A stretch of DNA of 56,734 nt, the filler included, from Bipalium vagum (lineage: Eukaryota): NCBI GenBank assembly GCA_037834085.1. It is 3 parts of 3 records of this genome, joined end to end, with 100 filler letters (N's around TTAATTAATTAA, not from the genome) between each part and the next. Parts side by side here need not be neighbours in the genome. Positions count along the whole stretch, not along the records: positions 39,162 to 56,734 come from JBBMKC010060789.1; 2 more parts are not named here. One strand, 5' to 3'. The notes below the pieces were generated by a model. It searched no databases. It was not told the DNA's origin and saw nothing but the letters and a program-made list of their open reading frames with translations. The position numbers and the translations under genes were made by a program. Position 1 is the first letter of the stretch. Each line of letters starts with the position of its first letter. Shown piece after piece: positions 40,432-52,600 of this stretch.

Positions 40432-41296
40432 TAAGTTTATATCGATTTGATCTTCAAATTAAAGTTTGATCTGTTTTTTAGTATTGATGTGTTACTCATT
40501 TGGTATTTGTATTGGGTTCCTTATATATGAGACCTCATGTTAAAGGTCAAGATATTCGGATCAAAATCATGTGTAAGGAAGAAACCTCGCCATTCTTTTC
40601 ATTGGTGACACAAAAATAAACTTTGAGCAGATTCTCAAAATGTCTGAGGAATTATTAACTAATTGTATTAAAATAATCATGTTACATACATTTAAAAAAA
40701 TCATTAGGATTTTTATTAATTGCTGGTTTTATTGTTTATATAATATGTAGAAATAGTTTGAACCAGTCAAGTTTAGATGAAAAAGTTTTAAAAATTTTTA
40801 TTTTGTATGAGGCTTATCAGACCTGAGGAGTATTTTAATTATTTATTGTAATTATTTTAAATGTTAACTATTATAAATTTAATTATGTATATATTGGTTA
40901 TTATTTAAAAGTATATGAATGAAATTTTAAATGTAATAAAAAGCAATTTCCAGGTTTGAAAATTTATTTTTTAAATATTTTATTTTTAATCACTTAACAA
41001 ATTTACTCGAGAATGAAAAATTGTATTTTTGATTACAAACAAATTTATATTAAGATTTTTGGAATATTATTTTAAATGTTTTGGTTTACCTTTAAAAGGC
41101 GACACTAGTAAATTACTGTTTACCAAAATTAATCTTTTTAATAAATAATGAAAATAAAATGGGTTTATCGAAATGTAATATTCTAAAAAATGACAATCAC
41201 CTGTTTTAATTTTAAAACGTATTATTTAAAAGTATTATTAAAAGTATGTGAGTGAAAAAAGTTAGTTTTTATATTCTTAAAACTAAAAAAAATCTA

Positions 41297-42960
41297 CATT
41301 CTGAAATGGACCAGTTCTATAATCGGACCAAACTCCATAATAACCAATAATTTGTACTCATCATAATTCTCGATATTTTCATATAAAAAATAAACTTCGT
41401 CCAAAATTTTTAATAATTTGTTTTAATAATATTTAGGTATACAACATTTTCAAAATCAGGATTGAGTAAAAAATTATCATATGAAGATAAATATGATATT
41501 GCCAAGCAACTTCGCAATAAAGAATTTTCCCAGCGAATGCTATGCAAGAAATATAAAACTAGCAAGTCAACAATTCAAAGAATTTATACTGAAATCGAAA
41601 TAAATCCTTTTAAAAATTCAGGAATAGGCTTTGACAGTACTATTTTAGAGATGTTTTAAAGGTTACGTAAGAGAAACTTCCCGATAAATGGTCCGACATT
41701 AAAAAGAATTGCTTTAAATGTAGCAAAAAAACAAATAGAATTCATAGCATTGACAGGTTGGTTGGGTAAATTAAAGAGGTGGCATAAAATCAGTTGGAAA
41801 GTTTCATCCGGAGAAATGAAATCAGCTGATCACTCTCAAACTGAAAACTTCCGAAATATCATGAAAGAAAAAATTAGTCAATATACAGCTGATAATGTAT
41901 ATAACTGCGACGAAACCGCTTTATACTACAGATTAATCAGCAGCAGAAGTTTCGTATTACCACATGAAGAATGTAAAGGCATTAAAATAAAAAAGATAGG
42001 TTAACCCTGTTATTATGTTGCAGCATGACAGGATTGAAAGAAAAACCTTTTATTTTAGGTAAGCATGCTAAACGTCGATGTTTTAAGAATGTCAACGTGT
42101 CAGATCTATATGTCAGATCCGCTCACAATAAAAATGGCTGGATGACGCGTCAAATCTTTCAAGAATGGCTCTCAGATTTTAATAATGATTTAAAAGAAAA
42201 TAAAAGAAAGATTCTTCTTCTGATAGATAATGCTCCATCATATAGCTTTGAAAGTTTCTCCCATTTCAATTCTACAACCTTTGGATATGGGTGTGATAAA
42301 ATCTTTCAAGAATTATTATAATAATAATCTTATTTCAAATTCCATTGAAAAGGAAGTGAATTATATCACGGAAAGCACAAAAAATGTCAGTATATTAGAT
42401 TGCATATACTTTTCTGTAATTGAATGGGATTCAATTAAAACATCAACAATCGTAGTTGTTTTGAAAAAAGCTTTTTCATCTGTAAAAGAAATTGACAGTG
42501 AAATGGACTTAAAAGAACTTACAGATGAAATATTCGAAAATGAATATGAACACATTCAATAGGATATAGTGGTAGAGTCTTGCTCAGATAGCGAGACTGA
42601 TGATAAGATACCCGATATTAATGACGTTTTTAATATTTTTTACCAGGTGGGTGAATTCAAGAAGCATTACCTGCCCCAGAATATAAGGCTCTTTTATGAT
42701 TTTAAAAGTAAGTTCATAATGGGTATACGAAAAGAACATGGGTTAAAAACTAAAATTACGGATTATTTAATTCAAAAACGTTGAAGTATATTGATATTTA
42801 TTGGACTAATTGCTGTTTTTTTAATTTTTATTATTACATCCATATAAGTTCATATAAAACATGTTTTATAGTCTTTTTATGTCTTAACTTCTAATATTGT
42901 ACCAACTTTTATTTTTGGACCACTTTTGAAATTTTGTGATCCAAAATAGAAGTTGCACTG
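41297..42960 (+). mobile_element. pogo/Tigger DNA transposon (CENP-B HTH plus DDE_1), frameshifted
   Basis: GWLGKLKRWHKI, VYNCDETALYY, KNGWMT..IFQEWL, ILLLIDNAPS, LQPLDMGVIKSFK; right TIR TCCAAAATAGAAGTTGCACTG-TA; left TIR decayed. Confidence 0.93.
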
Positions 42961-44039
42961 TAATTACGAATTAATAACGTTTGATAAAAGTAGTGAATAA
43001 TTTCTCATTTTGAAGGTAAATGAAGAGTTTCTGATTTTTGGATAATGAACTTAACAAACCATTTACACACTTCTTAATTGAAAGCCTCTACGATCTTAAT
43101 TATAGGACAAACCGGTTGTATTCCAATTACTGAAATCTGTTATTCCGGCTATTCTGTTTGCCTTTTACTATTTTTATGTTCATGCGTAACTGAGGTAATT
43201 TGAAATCGATCTCCGGAAGTGTTGGATCATTCTCAAATGATCAAAATTGAATGAAGATAGGGAAGCCCATTCAGCATATCAAGACTCTTCATTATCAAGC
43301 TGTCTTTTAAATGATAGTAAAATAAAGGTAAACTGCTCATAGACATTGTATCCTTCAAGGTTATGCATAAACTTCGTTCCTGCCTATTTTTCGAATGATT
43401 GATTCCATAACAACCTTTACTTTAAAATTCCATTACTCGATTATTCGCCGCTGACTGCTTTCCGATGTGAGTATATCGAAATTCCAATGACAGAATCAGA
43501 TAGCAATTTGACTTGATAAACGTTTCAATCCGTTTTCCGAATTCTCACACAAGTCCAAAATGCTACCTTTGGAGCTCGATTTCAATCAAAAGCAATTGAT
43601 GTCGAAATAGAAAATATTATTCCCCACTTTGTGCATTATTAAATTTTTGTTTAATTATTATATCAGTAATTTCTTGTAAGTCCATAATAATTTCAATTAT
43701 CTAAAATTTGTACAATTGTATAAAATATAAAATCTTAAGAAAAGTAATTTACTAATGTTTCCAAAATACTCAGGCCATCTGGAACGTTCTAAAACTAGGA
43801 ATAAAAGGAGAAACACAGAAAATAACATGGGCGATATACAGTATAAAAAAATATTCCGATCTCTCTATCGCTCACTCAAAGTAAAAAATAAGAAAAAGCA
43901 TGTTTTGGTGTTTTGTCCTTAAAGACTGATTTAAAGACTACAATTAACTTATTTTTGCTGGTGAGAATTTTAATTTATTAGATAAAAAAAATTTATCCAT
44001 ATGAATATTTTACTGATTTTGAAAAATCTAATAGAACAG

Positions 44040-46060
44040 AATTGTTGACGCAACTCTTATCTAGCTTACCTAACATACGCTGAGGTTGCTATGAGCTTTT
44101 CTAAAGAGCTCGTATCACACTCTCCAACAAAAACACAAAAGTAACGCTATAACGCTTTATTAAATTAAATGAGGGTAAGACCCTTTACACAAACAAAGGC
44201 AGTCACTCTCAAATCGGCAATCAAACTAAATCACCAAACTGCTCAGGCAGTCTCAACACAAACAACCTCCTTAATTAAAAAGCTGTGCTAGGAAAAACCC
44301 TGGTCAGCAAAAAAAAATTACCAATATAAAACATACCTTTTTATCTGGCAATTTTCTGGGCGAAAAATAATGAATTTTCGGTGGCCTATTTACTATTTTA
44401 TTGTTCGTTTTAGAGTCTCTGATTGGCCAGTTAAGCTATCAATCAGGACGTACTTTCTATATTTAATTACTAAAAATAAAATAAATTTCTAAAAATTTTG
44501 AAAATTATATTTTTAGAAATACATACTATACTGATTACAAATCACTCACCTCTAATCAGTATACCATACATTAATATGGCAGCCATCACCAACTCGGATC
44601 CGATCACTGAACGTCTCCAACCAAAAACGTTCTGTAAGGGTGATGATGTGTAAAAATTCACCACGCAGTGCATAATGTATTTCACGGTGAAAGAGACACC
44701 AGTGAAAAGAAGTGAAACGTTGATCTATTATCTATTAGACTTAGATTTAGTAGAGAAGTATGAAAGCACGGCCGGAAAAGGTATTGGATTCGAAGGAAGA
44801 TTACGATTGGCATTTTCCAAACCAAAAGATATAATGGGTGATTTGGAAAAGTTAATCAACTATCGTAGAGAAGCCGATAATGTGGAAAATTTTCTCGAGA
44901 AGGTCCATAAGATAAAAGGAAAATATCTTGTTACATGAAATGACAATGGAAAGACTTTTGATAAAAGCGCTAATTAGATGCATAAACGATCCAGAAATCG
45001 AGAAGGAGATTGAAATGAGGAAGTTTGGAAGTATTGAAGAAATGGAAGATCTAATTAAATTAATGGATGGAATCCGACAGAAACAGTCTGATCATGTCAA
45101 TATCATCAGGACCTACAGAAACGTAGCGAGGAACGGTAGATATCAAAACGTACGAAGATAGGAAGCAGGATATAAGATTTGATCTGTTGTAGAGAAAGTC
45201 AGACGAGAATCACGTGTTACTAGACCTTTTGCAAGAATGGCAAACAACAAGAATGCAAATAGAATATTGGACATGTAAAAAAGTCGGACATATAAGACTG
45301 TTCAGAGAAGAAAATTCCTACATGTTTTGGATGTGGAAAAGCAGGACACATACGTAGGAATTGCGCAGTTTTCAAATGTCAAATGTGTGGAAGAAATGGT
45401 CACCAAGCTTCAGAATGCTGCACAAATCTAAATAGAGGTCAGAGAAGAAATAAGAATTTTTACGAAAGTAATCAGGAGATGCGTGGAAATAAAAGAAGTA
45501 ATGCGGTTAGTGAAAATATTGATTTAATATCGGAAGGAGATTGCATGAGAGAAGAATGTAAGAATGCATCAGTGTACCCAAAAGACAAGGCTCCACTAGT
45601 AGGAGAGCTAGTGGGAGCCATATACAAGAAATCGAAAATGATTATTTCCAAAGGATTTAGACTGAGGAAGGAGTGACGCGAACAGTAGAGAAAGTTTACA
45701 GATTTTTAAAGAAGCAGTTTGGGATTGAAGATTGTAATCGGGTGAATGCGATTGCAGAAAGTGAAGAGACATTTATTTCGTATGACAGAATGCATGGTCG
45801 TTCAAGTATGAGAGTAAGAGTCCAGGATTTGGAATTGGATATTCTAATAGATACAGAAGCAGGAATTAATATAATGAGTACGAAGATTGCCCAGAAACTG
45901 ACAGTTGTTAAGATTCAACAGTATGGTGAAAAACTGAGATGAGCAACTGACAATTATTTAGAGACAAGAGGGTCAATAAACCTAGAGGTCAGCGTTGGTC
46001 AAGTTTGAAAAGTTGAAAAAAATCGTAGTGGTTGAAAGTTTCATCCCTGAATTGACAGGT
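44040..46060 (+). mobile_element. Ty3/Gypsy LTR retrotransposon 5' part (LTR-like region, gag, protease), degenerate
   Basis: gag from ATG 44576; CCHC knuckles CFGCGKAGHIRRNC and CQMCGRNGHQASEC; protease LIDTEAGINIMS; stops and frameshifts; breaks off at 46060. Confidence 0.85.
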
Positions 46061-46064
46061 GGTA

Positions 46065-46530
46065 TATATATACATATATACAAGCAATATTATTCCTGGG
46101 CAGGGGGAAGCACCGTCTCCAGAGGAGAAGTTAGGTATATATGATAGGACTTCCTGACAGCCTCAGTTAAGAGATTGTGGGCTAGAGCACGTCTCTGATT
46201 ATTAGAGAGGCCATATTTTCAGAGGGCCTCATTTGCAATATCCCAAGATCCAAGGAAGCTCACATTGAGGACATCTAAAAGGACTTTCGAGCGATTTGCT
46301 GCAGTAAGACGGTCTGCAAGGGAGGTATATTTGATGCGATTGCTCCCGGGTGGTGGTAAAATTCTTCATGGAGTCATAAGGGACGTTGATGTCTAGAATT
46401 ACAATAAGTTTCTTGGTTGGCTGGCAAATGATAAAGTCCGGGCGTGGCGTTGATTGTAACTCATATTGTAACTCAACCATATCGGTGTCCACATCAAACC
46501 CGAGTGCTCAGAGATACTCGACAGCCACAT
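46065..46530 (-). mobile_element. 3' fragment of an RLE-type non-LTR retrotransposon (NeSL/Utopia/R2-group endonuclease domain)
   Basis: RPDFII...KKLIVILDINVPYD (PD..D nuclease motif); after one frameshift IKYTSLADRL...VLNVSFLGSWDIANEAL...RKSYHIY; visibly GC-richer than the flanks. Confidence 0.8.
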
Positions 46531-46786
46531 GCAACTTTACAGAACGCAAATATAAGTTCACGTTTCTGTCTTTATTCAATTTAAATTTCCAGATTCTTCT
46601 TTTTGTGTTTAATTCTGACAATTACAATCTGGTAAACTAATTATCAGATTCGATTTTTTACTTCAGGGCATCTACACATTTCTTCGTGTAGATTGACACC
46701 TTCAAATAATTATTGTCATTTTGATTTTAGTGTAAAACCTTTTTAAAAATTTGTAAAAATTGTATTTAAAATAAAAGTTTTAAAAA

Positions 46787-47070
46787 TCATTTTGTTCGCC
46801 TTATTTGTGATAGTTCTTTTTCAGGCTTTATTTTATTTTTAAATTTATTATAAATTTCTTCTTTATATAATCCATTTTCAAAAACATTTCTTATGCATTC
46901 AATTTCTGGTTGAATAAAAGCAGTTTTAGAAAAAATTACAAGATTATTGTAACCTAAATATTTTTCTTGTAAAAGCATATTACATAATAAATTTGTTTTT
47001 CCTGATCCAGAATGGCCAATAAGTAAAATTCTGAAAATTTTGGTAAATTAGGATGATGATTAAATTTTAT
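46787..47070 (-). pseudogene. Polinton/adintovirus A32-like (FtsK-HerA family) packaging ATPase, N-terminal fragment
   Basis: HHPNLPK/FRILLIGHSGSGKTNLLCNMLLQEKYLGYNNLVIFSKTAFIQPE; Walker A GHSGSGKT at 46994-47017; intronless. Confidence 0.75.
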
Positions 47071-47144
47071 TTAACTATCAAAATAAAGATTCTTCACTAT
47101 TTTGTAAAATTTTTAAAATTTATTTAATTTGACTTCGTTTTAAC

Positions 47145-47580
47145 TCAAGCTTGTTTGAGGTGGATAATAAAACTGATTTCTCCATTAAAAATTATTAGTT
47201 CATTTTTGTTATCAAATATCTTAAAGTTTATTTCATTAATAATTTTTATAATTCAAGGATAATAAATTAAAAATTTTGATTTTTCAATAATTCCAGAACC
47301 TCTTCTGTCATTTTTCGAAGGAAAGTCGCAAATAATATTTGTTCTTCACCATCATGAAATTCTCTTTCATCAATATTACAATCAATCTGGGTTCTATTTA
47401 TCATAAGAATTGTAACCATTTTCTAATTCATATCCTTTTGTACAACATTTGTTTTCAAATCCTAACACCTCAGTAATTAAACATGAATTCTGAAGTCGAA
47501 TTTTGAATACACCAGGAGAATCGAATAAAAATTGACTTTAATATGAAATCCATTAATAAATTATTCTTTTATTTATTTGT
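47145..47580 (-). pseudogene. Polinton/adintovirus minor capsid (penton) protein, C-terminal part, frameshifted
   Basis: ITEVLGFE ... VTILMINRTQIDCNIDEREFHDGEE/NIICDFPS...GSGIIEKSKFLIYYP*IIKIINEINFKIFDNKNELIIFNGEISFIIHLKQA-stop follows the recalled penton pattern LGF..I.CNI...NG...I..F...G..I.E.P...IY.P...I.D.....V.F.GE.I...LHL. Confidence 0.65.
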
Positions 47581-48939
47581 TAGTTTATTCATTCACTTAT
47601 TATTTACCCGCGTCTCAAGCCAACTATTACTGATTTAAAATTTGAAGTCAGATCAGAACAAAGAGAGCCCATGAGATCACACTTAATTAAAATGCCACAA
47701 AATATCGCTTGTTTTACTTTAATAAAATTATTTGTATTGTCCCATGTATGATTACTATTGATTTTTTCATTCCTCGAGTTTCTCAAAAAAATACTTGATA
47801 GACGCTCTGGGGAATCATAGTCCTCTCAGATCTCACCTTGAAAAATCTTCTACTAAATAAATCGTAAATGCCTCACAACAGAAACTCAATAGTTCGCAAA
47901 AGCTTACTTCAATCTATAGTTCTCTATAGTTCTCTATAGTTCACTTTTAGTTTTTGGTTCTTACTTCTGAAACCAAAAATAGTTTTTTGTTTTTATTCTT
48001 TAGTTATCTTCTTAGTCAACTTTTCTATTCCATTAATTAGCAGAGTTCATGTGATTTACCAAGAACTATTGCGCCTCAAGATCTTTGAATCAGCCACCAA
48101 TCTAAATTTGGAATTTACGTCATCTTCTCTTCTTTTTTCATTCATCTGATGAGGAAAAAACTCTAAGCTTAATATAGAATCATCTTGAACACGTTCAACT
48201 GAGAGCTTTAAGACCTAAAGAGAATTAATTTTCTCTTCTTATAAATTAATATTCAAAAGAATATTAACCAATTTTATTTTTATCCCATATTCTTACTATC
48301 TATTATTTCCATCTGAGTTCACTGTTTTATTTTGTTTCGTTCGCTATTAGGAAAAAGATAAAAGATTTTCAACAGATTTTTTCGACAACTTCGAAAGGAA
48401 AAATAAACCTAAGAAATAATTATTAAAGGGTCAATCACTTTTAAGAAGGTCAATTCTTCTTTCGAGTTTAATCAATTCACCTTCGAATTCGATTCTATCT
48501 TTAATTTCACTCAATTTTAAGTATAACATTTTAAACTGACTCATGTCTTTTATAGAGATTCTACTACTCCATTACATAGAAGAGAGATTCTCTACCAGTC
48601 AATGAATATTTCTCTTTCCATTAGTTAAATGAGAATCCAGTACCCTTTAATGATTCAACTGATTACGGACGTATTCGCCTGAGCTGAATAATAAATTATC
48701 CTTTAAGACACCTAAATAAAAAATCTGAAAATAAATATTTTATTTTTAATATTGAAAAGGTATAATGAAAAAAATTAGGAATTGTTATAGTTGCATCTTC
48801 CTTGAGTAACATATTAGCTACAACATTATTTGACATTATATTTCATCATCAAAAATCTTCATTCATCAAATCCAGAAAGCAGATTAATTTTCTATCCAAA
48901 AACGATTTCAAAGGATGAGAATTTGATGAAACTTTGTTG

Positions 48940-49312
48940 AGTCGGATTGATTCTAAATTTTATTCTTGACAAATAGATCATGACAGCTCATTTCTTCACT
49001 ACCTCCCTTCAGAAAGGTCGTCAACATATATCGAACGGTACGTATCACTCTTTCCACTAGTCCATTGGATTGATGTTGGTAAGCAAAGCTGAATTCATGC
49101 TTTATCCTCAGGTCTATCCAGTTTTGCTGCAGTCGTTCATTTTTCAAGTTTTTCCCTCTGTACGTTAATATGTTCTTTGGTATTCCGAATTTGTGGATTC
49201 AGTTGTTCATGACCGACTTGAATATTGACTGATTACCAAGTTTGGACAAAGGACTCAGACTTCCTAAATCGCTGAAACGATCAATAATGATAACTAAATA
49301 CTTGTGACTATA
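48940..49312 (-). mobile_element. Ty3/Gypsy integrase core fragment
   Basis: HKYLVIIIDRFS...HKFGIPKNILTYRG...AYQHQSNGLVERVIRTVRYML. Confidence 0.85.
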
Positions 49313-49660
49313 CAAAAATAAAATTATTTTGTTAAGGTGAGACAATGAATAAAAAAAGTGATTGTATAATTCTTTAGCAGTTAAAAATTCTTTAATTATT
49401 TAATGACTTCAAATAATTAGATCTTATAAAAAAGTTAAGAAATGAAGAGTTAATTGAATAAATTTTAACAAAGTAATATTTTAAAATAATAAAATTTTTA
49501 AAAATTAAATATTAATTCATTTATAATGAACGACTAGATGATTTTATATTAAATGCTATAAATTACAAATTCATATTTTACACATTTTACCTTTGTTTAT
49601 AAATTTCAAAATATTACGCATACTCTTACACATAAGAAATTATTTAAATTTAAAAATTAG

Positions 49661-52600
49661 TATAAACTTTGGATGGAATATGATGAATTTTGTATTATAT
49701 GTTTAGAAGATATTTTAAAGGATGATGCGGTATATCATTGATAATTAATTGATCTCAATTATCATATTTTATTTTCAATTTAATAGATATGGAGTTGTTC
49801 CATGTGCTATTGTGAATATCATCTCGTTTGTATCAGTAATTGGATATTTCAGTATCAAAATTCTAAGAAGAAAACGTTAATAGAAGAACAAGAAAGCTTA
49901 GACTTGTCAGAAGGTTATAACATAGCATTAAATAGATTAAATAAATTAATAAACGATGCCGATCAATGGTCTTGCCCAAAATGCAGGAACATGTTTTCCC
50001 ACGAAGATTCACCAAATAAATATTTCTGTTATTGTGGAAAAGTAAAAAATTTTGGAATAAAATAAAACATTCCAACAATAGTTCAGGTTAGTAATCCAAA
50101 AAACAACCACTGGCTGAAGCCTCACACATGTGGAGAAATTTGTGGAAAATTCTTAAAGCCATATTGTGGCGATACTTGCTTGGAATTATGTCATCGTGGA
50201 CCGTGTCCACCATGTCCAAAAATATTGAAAAATTCAACGTGTTTCTGTGGAAAGCGAAGCGAAAGTGTTATTAGGTTTGTAATTTAGGAATTGAAATCAT
50301 TTTCTGTATTTTAATAATTTTCAAAAAAATATAGATGTTGTCAGCGATTCTGGTCTTGTGGTAAAGTATGTGATAAAGCATTGTCATGCGGCATTCATTT
50401 TTGTGATAAAATTTGTCATGTAAATTGTGGCCAATGTGATATGTTGGTAACCAAAGCTTGCTTGTGCAATGAAAATTCGAAAACCGTCAAGTGCTCTGAA
50501 GATTGGCAATGCTCGAAGGTAACTAGGAGATTTTAAATAATTTATTTTAAGGTAATAAGGTAACTGCTTATTATAAGAAAAGTGATTTTTTTCAAAAATG
50601 TTGTTTTATAAATCTGATATTCAAAAAAATCAGTAAAAATGTAATGGAAAAGAAAATTTATTAATTTTGTGGACTGAAATAATGTAAACTCCCGACAATC
50701 TTATCAGGAATTTTAATCATGACTAAGCTGATTTGGATGAACTAAATGTTGGTGTAGTTTTAACGAAATTTCGAATAAAAAATTACTCAAAAGAAATTCT
50801 AATTTAGTTAAATTTAATCGTAAATCAATATAGGTCATCAATAAAATATTAAAAACAGATTGTCAAATGTTGAGTTTGATTAATGACAAAGTATAGTTAA
50901 TTTATAGTACCAAAATTTATCAAAAGAAAAATAGATAGTTTTCTTTAAAAAAAAGTGGACGCGGCTTTTTACTCAACATTCTACCGAAATTGGGAAAAAA
51001 GTTTGTTAAAAAACGATTTTTAAAACATTTCTGAGTAAAGCGAAATGTTATAGTTTTGAATTTTAGTCACAAAAATTGTAATTATTAAGACATGTTTGGA
51101 CATAGTATGAAGAATAAAATGTGATTGGAATAATTATTTCAAAAGTTATTATAAGACAGATCTCTATCAAACTTGATAAAGTATTAAAAATGATCTAATA
51201 ACGATAGGAATTTAATTTTTTGACATAATTTTAATAGTGATAATGAAAAGGAATAGTTATTGAGGAGATGAAGGCGCCCTGATTGTCTTATATTTGAATT
51301 TCAAACTTAGTTAAATTCTATTGTAAATCAATATAATAGTTATCAGTAAAATATATGAAAATAGTATTTTGTTTTCTGTCAATTTTTTAAAAGTACACTG
51401 GATTACAGTCAAATCTCATTTCTATGTCACTCTTGCTTGATCATGACAGGTGGCATAGTTACGAGATTTGACTGTGTTGAATTTGATTAATGCCGAAGCT
51501 TTTTGAGTTATCTTTGCGGTTGAGCTTCAATCATGTGGGATTAGTTTTGGTATGCAATAACTCATTAGTCGTATAGTGGTGACATTGAGAATTCGACCTG
51601 TCATTAATGGATGACCTTCAATGTACAATAGATTACATTTGCTGTCAATCAGTCTACGACTTATTTTTACTAAATCTGTTCAATTTTCAAAAATTTTAAA
51701 AATATTATTTGATGAGCTTAGTTTTGTCTAGTTTTCATTGTCAATTTAATAACAAACGAATTTCTATCGAAAGCTTCGAATTAAAAAAAATATTGACAAA
51801 TTATATTTAGAAATATTCACTAGGATATGTTTATTCAAACAAGACTGAATCATAAAAATTGCGCCAAATAAAAAGGATGTAACACAAGATTTCAGAACTC
51901 CTAAAAATCTTGAATTAAAAAAGGAACTTTGATAATAAACTGTTCTGATTCTTGAAAATCGATTTTTATAAAACTTATTATCGTTAATCTGAATATTTGT
52001 ATTCCGATCGAAATTGGTATTTCGAATTAATTAACGAACGATTACATTTTGATTGCTAAATATGAAAACAAAAATGATTTGCAGAATTGTAAAACTGTCG
52101 ACGAATCACTTCTTAATAAATGTCCTTGTGGGAAAACGAATTTGGAGGATCTTAGTTCCGGTGACGGTTATAAACCGATGACCTGCAAAGACACTTGTGA
52201 CAAAATTTTGGATTGTGGCATTCACAGATGCACTGAAAAGTGTCACCTCGGCGGATGTAGTGATTGCAAACAAGTGGTCAGTAAAACGTGTCGTTGTGGA
52301 GCAACTGTGAATATGGTATATTATTTTATTAAAATATTATGAACAGTCGTTTAATAATCCAAAACAGGCTTTATGTCATAAAAAGTTGACTTGTAACAAT
52401 AAGTGTGCACGTTGGAAAAATTGCAATAAGCATCAATGTAAACGTCGGTGCTGTGACCCTAACCTGGATTGTGCTACGTGTGAGTTGACATGTGGCAATT
52501 TACTAGGTTGTCGTAAGCATCGATGTCAAATGCGGTGTCATTCTGGGCCATGCTTTCCTTGTCGAGCGACTATTGATGTGAGAATTATTTGTTTTCTTAA

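Noticed and set aside
43020-47600. Alternative genetic code or stop-codon reassignment suggested by in-frame stops
   Set aside because: Stops occur together with frameshifts only in decayed elements; the conserved host genes read cleanly in the standard code.
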